A DNA stretch of 64,000 bases from an uncultured Aliarcobacter sp. (GCA_963664305.2 CAXXLV010000002.1:96001-160000); one strand, 5' to 3'. Counted from the stretch's first letter, positions 53,122-61,804 are shown. Numbers and translations are program-made. Notes: generated by a model from the letters alone, not told the origin.

Positions 53122-54042
53122 ATGGCTTTATATACATGTGGACATATTATTCCTGATTCTGACTCAATTTGTTCAGCAATCTCTTTATCATATTTATTAA
53201 ATAAGATTGGAAGACCTGCAATCCCAGCAAGACAAGGTGAGCCAAATCCAGAAACTAAATATATTTTAGAAAGATTTGGATTTGAAGCACCAGTTTTAAA
53301 AACATCTTTTGCAGGTGATGAACTTTTTATCACTGATTATTCTGATGTTGCACAAGCTCCACAAGAATTAGATAAAACAACAATCGTTGGAATTGTTGAC
53401 CACCATAAATTAGGTGATATTACAACTTCAGCTCCATTAGAGTGTTGGATTAGACCTGTTGGTTGTACAAATACAATCGTAAAAGAGATGTATGATTTCC
53501 ATAAAGTTGAAATTCCTGCAAACATTGCTGGAATTATGATGTGTGCAATTTTATCTGATACAGTAATTTTCAAATCACCAACTTGTACAGAAACAGACAT
53601 TAAAGCTGTTAGAGAATTAGCAGCTATTTGTGGTATTGAAGATTTTGGTGCTGTTGGTATGGAAATGTTTAGAGTTAAATCAGCAGTTGCTGGAACTCCA
53701 ATAAGAGAACTTGTAATGAGAGATTACAAAAACTTTGATATGCATGGGTCTAAAGTAGGTGTTGGACAACTTGAAGTTGTTGATGGTTCAGTTTTTGATG
53801 CAATCAAAGATGAATTAATGGCTGATATCAAAAAAGTAAAAGAAGAGCAAGGATTACATACAGTTGCTTTACTTTTAACTGATATTATGAAAGAAGGAAG
53901 TGAAGTATTAGTTACTTCTGATGATGCTTCAATTTTTGAAAAAGCATTTAACTGTAAACTTGAAGATGGAAAAGTTTGGTTAGATGGTTGTTTATCAAGA
54001 AAAAAACAAATCATTCCTTTCTTAGAACCTGCATTTGCCTAA
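53122..54042 (+). CDS. ppaC: Manganese-dependent inorganic pyrophosphatase (family II, DHH)
   Basis: GHIIPDSDSICSA, VDHH, ILSDT, SRKKQ. Confidence 0.96.
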   Translation: MALYTCGHIIPDSDSICSAISLSYLLNKIGRPAIPARQGEPNPETKYILERFGFEAPVLKTSFAGDELFITDYSDVAQAPQELDKTTIVGIVDHHKLGDITTSAPLECWIRPVGCTNTIVKEMYDFHKVEIPANIAGIMMCAILSDTVIFKSPTCTETDIKAVRELAAICGIEDFGAVGMEMFRVKSAVAGTPIRELVMRDYKNFDMHGSKVGVGQLEVVDGSVFDAIKDELMADIKKVKEEQGLHTVALLLTDIMKEGSEVLVTSDDASIFEKAFNCKLEDGKVWLDGCLSRKKQIIPFLEPAFA

Positions 54043-54052
54043 ATAAAAAGAG

Positions 54053-54081
54053 TAAAAAGATAGCTTTTTGCTATCTTTTTA
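54053..54081 (+). terminator. Intrinsic terminator after ppaC
   Basis: TAAAAAGATAGC-TTTTT-GCTATCTTTTTA. Confidence 0.8.
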
Positions 54082-54101
54082 TCTTCAAATTATTACTCTA
54101 A

Positions 54102-54117
54102 TGGAACTTCAATTGCA
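54102..54117 (+). promoter_or_regulatory. Candidate sigma54 (-24/-12) promoter
   Basis: TGGAAC-TTCAA-TTGCA: GG-N10-GC spacing, about 25 bp before the ATG at 54142, which has an AGGAG SD. Confidence 0.6.
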
Positions 54118-54141
54118 ACTACAAAAATAGTAGGAGCAAAA

Positions 54142-54711
54142 ATGAATATAACTGTAAATACCCAAAATATAAAAGAAGAGCTGTTTTTAGAAGACTTAAA
54201 CGAATTTGATAATTTAGAAGAATTGGTTTATACAGTTATTGATGCTTGTCCTTATGATTTTGAATTTATTCCTACAATTGCTTCTTTTAAATATCTAACA
54301 AATTTTGACCAAATTGCAAAACTAAATGGTATTAGATATTTTTATAAAATGTATAAATTGATAGATTTATTATGTTTTTATAAAGCCTTAATTCAAAAAT
54401 ATGAAGAACAAACTAATCAAACAAATAATAAAATCTCAAATTGCACTCAACTAACTTTAGTTTTTGATGATAATCATCTATTTGAGAGTTGTCAAATAAA
54501 TGCAATAAAAATCTATAAAAATTGTTTTTTTACTCACAAAAATAAAAAACTAGATAATAAACTTTTAGCATATAGTTTAAATCATATTTTAAATGAATTT
54601 TTTGAGGAGTCTTATACTTCAAAATTAAAAGAGAAAGATATTAATAAAGATATAAAAGTAAGAGCTAATTTTATGGGTATTGATATTTTTACTTTTGAAA
54701 AAGAGTTATAA
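54142..54711 (+). CDS. Hypothetical cytoplasmic protein (189 aa)
   Basis: Strong AGGAG SD and clean ORF; no motif recognised. Confidence 0.75.
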   Translation: MNITVNTQNIKEELFLEDLNEFDNLEELVYTVIDACPYDFEFIPTIASFKYLTNFDQIAKLNGIRYFYKMYKLIDLLCFYKALIQKYEEQTNQTNNKISNCTQLTLVFDDNHLFESCQINAIKIYKNCFFTHKNKKLDNKLLAYSLNHILNEFFEESYTSKLKEKDINKDIKVRANFMGIDIFTFEKEL

Positions 54712-54760
54712 CTAAAATCTACAAATAAGCCTAAAATAGATAAAATCCAATTTCAAAATT

Positions 54761-54969
54761 TATCAAGTGAATTTTTTTATTCATGGGAAATAGGTGAAAA
54801 TCCTATACTGCCCCCGCAACGGTAATCGCATATATAATAAAATTTTTATTATGCCAATTTTTTAAAACCACTGTCATTTTGATGGGAAGGTAAAAATTGG
54901 TTTGAAAAAGTATGCTAAGTCCGGAGACCGACTTGATAGATAAAATGCAAATCAGGCGGGGTGACCTGA
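54761..54969 (+). ncRNA. Cobalamin riboswitch (long, adenosylcobalamin/class-I type)
   Basis: Closing stem TATCAAGT/ACTTGATA; GGGAA; ATAGG-TGAAAAT-CCTAT; ACTGCCCCCGCAACGGTAA; CCACTG...GGGAAGG; B12-box AAGTCCGGAGACC; downstream hairpin TCAGG-CGGGGTGA-CCTGA whose loop complements CCCCG. Confidence 0.95.
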
Positions 54970-55049
54970 AAAAAGCCATAAATTTATTAATAGTTTATTC
55001 TTCAAACCCTAAATGATTCTTGTATTAATTTTTATTAATAGGAAGTTTC

Positions 55050-58000
55050 ATGCTTTTATTTCGACATTTTTTAGTGTTGTTTTTTATATTTTTATTTAGT
55101 ACAAATTTATTTGCTAAAGAAAATAAAACAATTTTTTCCATAGTTTCAGATAGGTCAGCAATAACTTTAAATAGTGGTGCAAATACATATCTAAAAAATT
55201 CAAATGATAAAATTATCATACGAACAGTGAGTCAAGTATCTTTGATGAATGATGAGGAGTTGGATAACTATTTAAAAAATTCAGATGTAGTTCTTTTATG
55301 TGCAGTTTTTGGTGATGTAGTTGATAGATTATTAGCACGAAAATATGAAGCTTCACAACTTAGAATTTCTCTTCAAGGAGATAGAAGGCTTCTTAGTTTA
55401 AATAATGATTTCTTAGGAAATTCTTATAGTGATAATATAGATACTATTCTTGAAAAAGATAAAGAAAATCTAGGTTATATAAATTTTTTAGAGAAAAAAC
55501 AAAAAGAGTTTTCTTCTTATGCTTTTTATTTACAAGCAAGAGCTTATTGGGATAATAGAGGAAATGAAAATATCTCAAATCTTTTCTCTTTTTTATCAAA
55601 TCCAAATCTACAAAAAAACTCATGGCCAAAAGTTGTTGAATTAAAATCTATAAGATATTTTTTAGATGCAGATGATTCTAAAACATATTTTGATGTGGAT
55701 GACGTAATCAAAAAAATAGATTCTTCAAAAGATATTTTATTTGTTTTAGATAATGATAGAGCAGATAGTTTAAATGAGTGGAAAATACATGAAGAGTTAG
55801 TAAAAAAATCAAATTTTCAAGTAATATCTATCTTATCTTCTTGGGGAAAATCAAGTTTTGAAGCAGTTAAAAGTCTTGAAAATATTGTTTCAAAATTAGA
55901 TAAAAATCAAGGATTTTCAATTATTTCTTTACATGACTTTGTAATTGGAAGTGGTTTAGGTAAAGATGAAGTAAGTAGTGTTTTAGAAAGATTAAATGTA
56001 CCAGTTTTAAAAGGTCTTAGAGTTTTAGATTTATCATATTTAAACTATTCATTATCAAGTGAAGGATTACAAAAAAATTCTGTTCATTATAGAGTTTCAA
56101 TGCCAGAACTTCAGGGAATTGGACAAGTTCATATTCTTTCTTTAAATGAGGATTATATAACTGATGAAAAAACAGGAGTTACTCTTTTTTCTGTAAAAAT
56201 TTTAGATGATGAAATAAAAAATATTATTGAAAAAGCAAATAATTGGATAAAACTAAAAAAGAAAAATAATAAAGATAAAAAAATTGCCATCATTTACTAT
56301 AACCATCCTCCAGGACGACATAATATTGGAGCTGATAATCTAAATGTACCAAAATCACTTTTTAATATCTTAACTTCTTTAAAAGCACAAGGTTATGATG
56401 TTGGGACTTTGCCTGCAAATGATGAGGAGTTATTAAAAATTCTTCAAGAAAAAGCTGTAAATTTACCAAATGATAAAAAAGCATTAAAACAAATGAGCCC
56501 AAATATAAATAAAGTTGATGCAACTGAGTATAAAAATTGGTTCAAAACTTTACCAAATTATATTCAAGAAGAGATGCAAGATGGACCATTGGCTTTACTT
56601 CATGTAGAGATAAGAAATTTTTTAACAGCTGAAATTAAAACAATATCTTCTACAAACAAATCTTTAGCTTATAGTTCAATGAAAGATTATATGCATAAAA
56701 CTATGGATAATCTTCATCATGCAATGGATGGAGTAAGAAGCGAAAGCAGACAAAGAGCTGTAAATTTACTAGCACAGTTAAGAGAAGAGTATGAAAATAT
56801 TTTAACTTTATCTCAAGAAGAAAAAGAGTTTTCATTTGAATCTATGGATAAACTTAAAAAAGCTGTTATTGATTTAGGAATTGAAGGGATAAAAGGTTGG
56901 GGTGAAGCACCCGGAAATGTGATGGTTTATGAAGATAAACTTTTACTTCCAAGTGTTGAGTTTGGAAATATTCTTTTAGCACCACAACCACCTCGTGGTT
57001 GGGAATTAAATGAAGAGTTACTTCATGCAAACTTATCTTTTCCTCCAACTCATCAATATTTAGCTTTTTATCATTTTATAAAAGATAGTTTTAAAGTTGA
57101 TGCTGTTGTTCATGTGGGAAGACACTCAACTTATGAGTTTTTACCAAGAAAAAGTGTAGGGCTTACTTCAAAAGATTATCCATATTTGATGATTGGAAAT
57201 ATGCCAAGTATTTATCCATATATTGTTGATGGAGTAGGTGAAGGTATTCAAGCAAAAAGAAGAGGTCAGGCTATAATGATTGACCATTTAACGCCACCTT
57301 TATCAATTACAAAACTTTATGATGATTTATTGCAAATAAGACAGCTAATTGAAAGTGCAGAATCTGCAACAGATGAAATAGTAAGAAAGAACTCTATAAA
57401 AAAGATTAAAGAATCTATAGATAAAGCAAATCTAAAAGATGAACTTATTAATAGTATGGATGAAGAGTTAAAAGTTCGTGGTATTGGATTTGATGAGGTT
57501 GATGATGAATTTTTACTTCATGAAGTAGGGCATTATTTAACTCATCTACAAGAAGAGTTTATGCCTTTAGGACTTCATACTTTTGGACAAGATTGGAATG
57601 ATGATGCAGTTAATATTATGCTTAAATCAATGGGTGAAGAGAATACTAAAGAGGTAAAAGCAAATCTTATAAAATCTCCAAAAAATGAGATGAACTCTTT
57701 ACTAAATGCATTAAATGGTGGATATATAATTGCAGGAAAAGGAAATGACCCAATAAGAACTAAAGAGGCACTTCCAACTGGAAAAAACTTTTATGCACTA
57801 GATGGAAGTTTGATACCAAGTAGTATTGGATATGAAATTGGAGTGAAGTTAGCTCAAAAGGTGCGTGAAAATAAAAATTATGATATCAGAAAAAAAGAAG
57901 CGATAATTTTATGGGCATCAGATACAGTTAGAGATGAAGGCGCGATGATAGCTTTTGGACTTGATTTATTGGGGATTAAACCTGTGTGGAATAGTAGAGG

Positions 58001-59402
58001 AATTTTGCAAGGATTAGAACTTTTACCTTTAGATGAAAATAGAGTAAGAAGATATGATGTGATTTTTACTGGTTCAGGATTGTTTAGAGATTTATACTCT
58101 TCACAATTGGCTTTACTTGATAAAGCAGTTTTGATGTCTTTAGATGCTAGTTACAATGAGATAGTTTCAAAATATCCTGCTTTAACGCTTGCGTTAAATA
58201 AAGCTTTAGAACCTCTTGGAGATTTAAAAAAAGCTGGAAATGAATCTTTAGAGACAAATAGTGTGGCTTTAAATTGGGTAGATGAAGCAAGAGAAATTTT
58301 AAAACAAAATCCAAATATAGATGCAAATGAGTTAGGAAAAATATCTAGTAAAAGAGTTTTTGCAACAGCACCTGGTGCTTATGGAGCTGGAATAAATAGA
58401 TTAGCAGAACGTTCAAGTGCATGGAATGATAGAAAAGAGCTAGCAGATGTTTTCATAAAAAGAATGGGATATTCATACTCAGAAGATGGTTATGCACAGT
58501 TATCAGTTGAAAGTTTTGAAAGACAACTTCAAAAAGTTGAAAATACATATTTAGGAAGAGCAAGTAATTTATATGGATTAATAGATAACAATGATACTTT
58601 TGACTATCTTGGAGGATTGAATTTAGCTATTGAAAAAGTAACTGGAAAACAACCAAATAGTTTTGTAATAGATAATTCAAATGCAAATAATCTAAAAATC
58701 ACACCACTTGAAACAGCACTTTTAAGTGAGTTAAGAGGAAGATTTTTAAATCCTCAATGGATAAAACCACTTATGAATGAAGGATATAGTGGTGCAAGAA
58801 CCATGGGAAGTGAGTTTGTTGAGTATTTATGGGGATGGCAAGTTACAAGTCCTGAGATTATAAAAGATTGGGTTTGGGAAGAGGTTAAAGCTGTTTATAT
58901 TGATGATAAATTGAATCTAAAACTAGATGAGTTTTTATCTTCAAATTATCAAGTGCAAGTTCAAACAAATATGTTAGCTGTTATGCTTGTAGCTATTCAA
59001 AAAGATTTTTGGAAAGCAGATGAAAAAACACAAAAAGAGCTTTCTGAAAAATTTGCAAAAAATATAATAGAACATGGAATTCCAGGAAGTGGGCATACAC
59101 ATGCAAATCATCCGATATATGATTTTGTAAAATCAAAAATATCTAAAGAAGAAGCTAATAAATTAGAAGAAGTTTTAAGTGAAAGTCGAATGGAAAAAGA
59201 GAAAAAAGATAGTGTAACTTCTATTCAAGAGATAAAACTAGAAAATCAGAAAAATAAAAATGAAGAAAAAACAGAAGAGTTAAGTGAGAGTAAAAATAGT
59301 AATAAAGATGATTCTTATATGAAATATTTATTGGGTATTGCTTTTTTAATTTTACTTGTTGGTTTAGGTAAATCAATATTTTTTAATAAGATAAAAGGAT
59401 AA
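55050..59402 (+). CDS. Exported, membrane-anchored CobN/magnesium-chelatase-H family protein (BtuS/HmuS-like)
   Basis: KKIAIIYYNHPPG, FGNILLAPQPPRG, PPTHQYLAFY, HVGRHSTYEFLP, LPTGKNFY, SGLFRD, RFLNPQWI, GYSGA, YLWGWQVT. N-terminal signal peptide and C-terminal hydrophobic anchor. Confidence 0.9.
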   Translation: MLLFRHFLVLFFIFLFSTNLFAKENKTIFSIVSDRSAITLNSGANTYLKNSNDKIIIRTVSQVSLMNDEELDNYLKNSDVVLLCAVFGDVVDRLLARKYEASQLRISLQGDRRLLSLNNDFLGNSYSDNIDTILEKDKENLGYINFLEKKQKEFSSYAFYLQARAYWDNRGNENISNLFSFLSNPNLQKNSWPKVVELKSIRYFLDADDSKTYFDVDDVIKKIDSSKDILFVLDNDRADSLNEWKIHEELVKKSNFQVISILSSWGKSSFEAVKSLENIVSKLDKNQGFSIISLHDFVIGSGLGKDEVSSVLERLNVPVLKGLRVLDLSYLNYSLSSEGLQKNSVHYRVSMPELQGIGQVHILSLNEDYITDEKTGVTLFSVKILDDEIKNIIEKANNWIKLKKKNNKDKKIAIIYYNHPPGRHNIGADNLNVPKSLFNILTSLKAQGYDVGTLPANDEELLKILQEKAVNLPNDKKALKQMSPNINKVDATEYKNWFKTLPNYIQEEMQDGPLALLHVEIRNFLTAEIKTISSTNKSLAYSSMKDYMHKTMDNLHHAMDGVRSESRQRAVNLLAQLREEYENILTLSQEEKEFSFESMDKLKKAVIDLGIEGIKGWGEAPGNVMVYEDKLLLPSVEFGNILLAPQPPRGWELNEELLHANLSFPPTHQYLAFYHFIKDSFKVDAVVHVGRHSTYEFLPRKSVGLTSKDYPYLMIGNMPSIYPYIVDGVGEGIQAKRRGQAIMIDHLTPPLSITKLYDDLLQIRQLIESAESATDEIVRKNSIKKIKESIDKANLKDELINSMDEELKVRGIGFDEVDDEFLLHEVGHYLTHLQEEFMPLGLHTFGQDWNDDAVNIMLKSMGEENTKEVKANLIKSPKNEMNSLLNALNGGYIIAGKGNDPIRTKEALPTGKNFYALDGSLIPSSIGYEIGVKLAQKVRENKNYDIRKKEAIILWASDTVRDEGAMIAFGLDLLGIKPVWNSRGILQGLELLPLDENRVRRYDVIFTGSGLFRDLYSSQLALLDKAVLMSLDASYNEIVSKYPALTLALNKALEPLGDLKKAGNESLETNSVALNWVDEAREILKQNPNIDANELGKISSKRVFATAPGAYGAGINRLAERSSAWNDRKELADVFIKRMGYSYSEDGYAQLSVESFERQLQKVENTYLGRASNLYGLIDNNDTFDYLGGLNLAIEKVTGKQPNSFVIDNSNANNLKITPLETALLSELRGRFLNPQWIKPLMNEGYSGARTMGSEFVEYLWGWQVTSPEIIKDWVWEEVKAVYIDDKLNLKLDEFLSSNYQVQVQTNMLAVMLVAIQKDFWKADEKTQKELSEKFAKNIIEHGIPGSGHTHANHPIYDFVKSKISKEEANKLEEVLSESRMEKEKKDSVTSIQEIKLENQKNKNEEKTEELSESKNSNKDDSYMKYLLGIAFLILLVGLGKSIFFNKIKG

Positions 59403-59404
59403 AA

Positions 59405-59854
59405 ATGTTTTCATCAATTTCAGTTGGTTTAATGCACCAAATCTCATCACTTCTTTTAGAGCCTGTCTCTTGGGCTTTGCTTTTTTTTGTAGTTTTTTCA
59501 CTTTATGAAATAGGAATAACTATAGGTGAAAGAGTTATCGAAATCAAAAGATTGATAAATACTAAAGATAAAACTTTGGTTTTAAATGTTGCAAAAAAAA
59601 GAATAGAAAGAGCAGATTTTATCACAAGACTTGCTCCCATGCTTGGACTTATGGGAACTTTAATTCCTTTAGGTCCTGGGCTTGCAGCACTAGGTGATGG
59701 TGATGTTAAAATACTAAGTACTGCAATGAGTGTTGCTTTTGATACAACAGTTTTAGGATTACTTTGTGGAATGGTAGGTTTTGTAATAGCAAGACTAAGA
59801 AGAAGATGGTATGACAAAGCTTTAACTTTAATGGAGAGTGAAGATGAAAAATAG
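59405..59854 (+). CDS. MotA/TolQ/ExbB proton-channel family protein (HmuU-like)
   Basis: APMLGLMGTLIPLGPGL, AMSVAFDTTVLGL; starts 2 bp after the chelatase stop. Confidence 0.88.
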   Translation: MFSSISVGLMHQISSLLLEPVSWALLFFVVFSLYEIGITIGERVIEIKRLINTKDKTLVLNVAKKRIERADFITRLAPMLGLMGTLIPLGPGLAALGDGDVKILSTAMSVAFDTTVLGLLCGMVGFVIARLRRRWYDKALTLMESEDEK

Positions 59855-60152
59855 ATTTTCAAGCGAACATTTTTCTAAAGAAGATGATGAACCTCTTGGT
59901 CCTTTAGCAAATTTGGTTGATATCATTTTAGTTTTTGCTTGTGGTTTAATAGCTGCTTTAGTTGCTCTTAGTCCTAATTTACAAGAGCATTTTAAAGTGT
60001 CAACAGATACAAAAGTTATAACTCAAGGAAAAGAGTTGGTTGAAATTCCAAAAGAAATAAAAGAAAATATGGAAACAAAAGAGGGATATAAATCTTTAGG
60101 ACAAGTTTATAAAGACCCAAAAACTGGGAAATTGATATTAATTTCTGAATAA
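59844..60152 (+). CDS. DUF2149-type small membrane protein (ExbD-like TM, HmuV-like)
   Basis: DEPLGPLANLVDIILVFACGL, GYKSLGQVYKDPKTGKLILI. Probable start ATG 59844 (GGAG SD); overlaps the upstream gene. Confidence 0.82.
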   Translation: MKNRFSSEHFSKEDDEPLGPLANLVDIILVFACGLIAALVALSPNLQEHFKVSTDTKVITQGKELVEIPKEIKENMETKEGYKSLGQVYKDPKTGKLILISE

Positions 60153-60230
60153 TTTTCAAGTTATATTAAAAAAATAACAAAATTAGATTATAATGAACTT
60201 GTTAAGATTTAAACTAATAAAGGATATAAA

Positions 60231-60806
60231 ATGAAACATGAATTAATGACTTTACCTTATGCTTTAGATGCCTTAGAACCATTGATGTCAAAAGAAACTT
60301 TAGAGTTTCATTATGGGAAACATCACCAAACTTATGTAAATAATTTGAATAATTTAATTGCTGGTACAAAATTTGAAGATTTATCTTTAGTAAATATCAT
60401 TTTAGAATCAGATGGTGGAACTTTTAATAATGCAGCACAAGTTTATAACCACGACTTTTTTTGGAATGGATTAACTCCAACTCAAGGTGCAATTCCATCA
60501 ACTGTTGAAGAAGCTTTAACAAAAACTTTTGGAAGTGTTGATAAATTTAAAGAAGAGTTTACAGCAAAAGCTGTAGGACATTTTGGTTCTGGTTGGGCTT
60601 GGTTAGTTCAAGATGAAAATCAAAATTTAAAAATAGTTACAACTGCAAATGCACAAAATCCTCTAACAGAAAATCTAAAACCTATTTTAGTATGTGATGT
60701 TTGGGAACATGCATATTACATAGATGTAAGAAATGCAAGACCTAAGTTTTTAGAAAACTTCTGGAAACTTGTAAATTGGGATTTTGTAGCACAAAATCTT
60801 GGATAA
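60231..60806 (+). CDS. sodB: Iron superoxide dismutase
   Basis: FHYGKHHQTYV, FNNAAQVYNHDFFW, FGSGWAWL, DVWEHAYY (AAQ is Fe-type). Confidence 0.95.
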   Translation: MKHELMTLPYALDALEPLMSKETLEFHYGKHHQTYVNNLNNLIAGTKFEDLSLVNIILESDGGTFNNAAQVYNHDFFWNGLTPTQGAIPSTVEEALTKTFGSVDKFKEEFTAKAVGHFGSGWAWLVQDENQNLKIVTTANAQNPLTENLKPILVCDVWEHAYYIDVRNARPKFLENFWKLVNWDFVAQNLG

Positions 60807-60810
60807 AAGG

Positions 60811-60835
60811 AAGTATGGATTTTTCCATACTTTTT
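60811..60835 (+). terminator. Intrinsic terminator after sodB
   Basis: AAGTATGGA-TTTT-TCCATACTT followed by a T run. Confidence 0.75.
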
Positions 60836-60839
60836 ATAA

Positions 60840-61625
60840 ATGAAATCAGATATTTTTAAAAACTCAAAATTAGACTTTATCGAGTTACGATATGTTGAAA
60901 ATATCGAAGATTGTGTAAAGATGCATTTACACGAAGAACTTACAATCACTGCAATAAAAAAAGGCTCATTAAACCTCATTTTCAATGATACTTTTATTGA
61001 ACTAAAACCAAATGAAATAGCTATCATAAATAGTCAAATTCCCCACAGTGCAACTACAAATGAAATCTCAAAAGATGGTTATGTTTTGTATTTGAAGAAA
61101 GAGTATTTGGAAAAAATAAATTTTAATTTTTCATCAGCTTTTGAGTTAATAAAACAAAAAAATATCTATAAGAATTTTATAAAATTATGTGATTGTTTAC
61201 TTAATGTTAAAGTATCTTTGATAGAAAAAGAGGAGATGTTTTATATTTTTTGTTTATCATTTTTTTCTTTTGAACAAACTATACAAAACCAAAATGAAGA
61301 ATCAATTTTAGCAATGAACATAAAAAAATATTTAGATAAAAATTATCTTGAAGAGTTTATCTTAGATGAGTTAGCTTTAAAGTTTGATTTAACAGTTGTT
61401 CATCTAATTCGAGTTTTTAAAAAAGAGTTTGGATTACCGATTCATTCGTATATTTTAAATAAAAAGGTTCATCTTGCAAAAGAGCTATTGACTTCAAATA
61501 TTCCTATATCTCAAATAGCTCAAGATAGTGGTTTTTTTGACCAAAGTCACTTAAATAGAAGTTTTAAAAGAATTTTTCAAATTACACCAAAAGAGTATCA
61601 AAGAAATATATTTTCAAAATGTTAA
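60840..61625 (+). CDS. AraC-family transcriptional regulator (cupin + double HTH)
   Basis: HLHEE...IPHS cupin; HLIRVFKKEFGLP, GFFDQSHLNRSFKRIFQITP. Confidence 0.93.
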   Translation: MKSDIFKNSKLDFIELRYVENIEDCVKMHLHEELTITAIKKGSLNLIFNDTFIELKPNEIAIINSQIPHSATTNEISKDGYVLYLKKEYLEKINFNFSSAFELIKQKNIYKNFIKLCDCLLNVKVSLIEKEEMFYIFCLSFFSFEQTIQNQNEESILAMNIKKYLDKNYLEEFILDELALKFDLTVVHLIRVFKKEFGLPIHSYILNKKVHLAKELLTSNIPISQIAQDSGFFDQSHLNRSFKRIFQITPKEYQRNIFSKC

Positions 61626-61688
61626 TTTTGTACAAGATTTTATTTTTTGTAAAAGTTATAATTTGCAAAATTTAAAAAGGAGTTTATT

Positions 61689-61751
61689 GTGAGTGTAAAT
61701 GTTATAAAACAAATTATCTCTTTTTCTTTCCTCTGCCTCAAAACTTTATAA
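61689..61751 (+). CDS. Candidate leader peptide upstream of leuA (20 aa; not in ORF track)
   Basis: AAGGAG SD then GTG; MSVNVIKQIISFSFLCLKTL*; two CTC Leu codons near the end. Confidence 0.5.
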   Translation: MSVNVIKQIISFSFLCLKTL

Positions 61752-61804
61752 TAAAAAAATATACAAAAAACAAATCAAAAATAAAAATCATATCGGAGTA
61801 AACC

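Noticed and set aside
55050..59402. Annotation as ordinary aerobic-pathway cobaltochelatase cobN
   Set aside because: The signal peptide, C-terminal anchor, ExbB/DUF2149 partners and absence of cobS/cobT or other cob genes argue against it; gene symbol withheld.
41889..60832. Shared AAGTATGG/CCATACTT arms downstream of dpsL and sodB
   Set aside because: Only 8-bp arms at two terminators; the link to oxidative-stress genes is probably coincidental.
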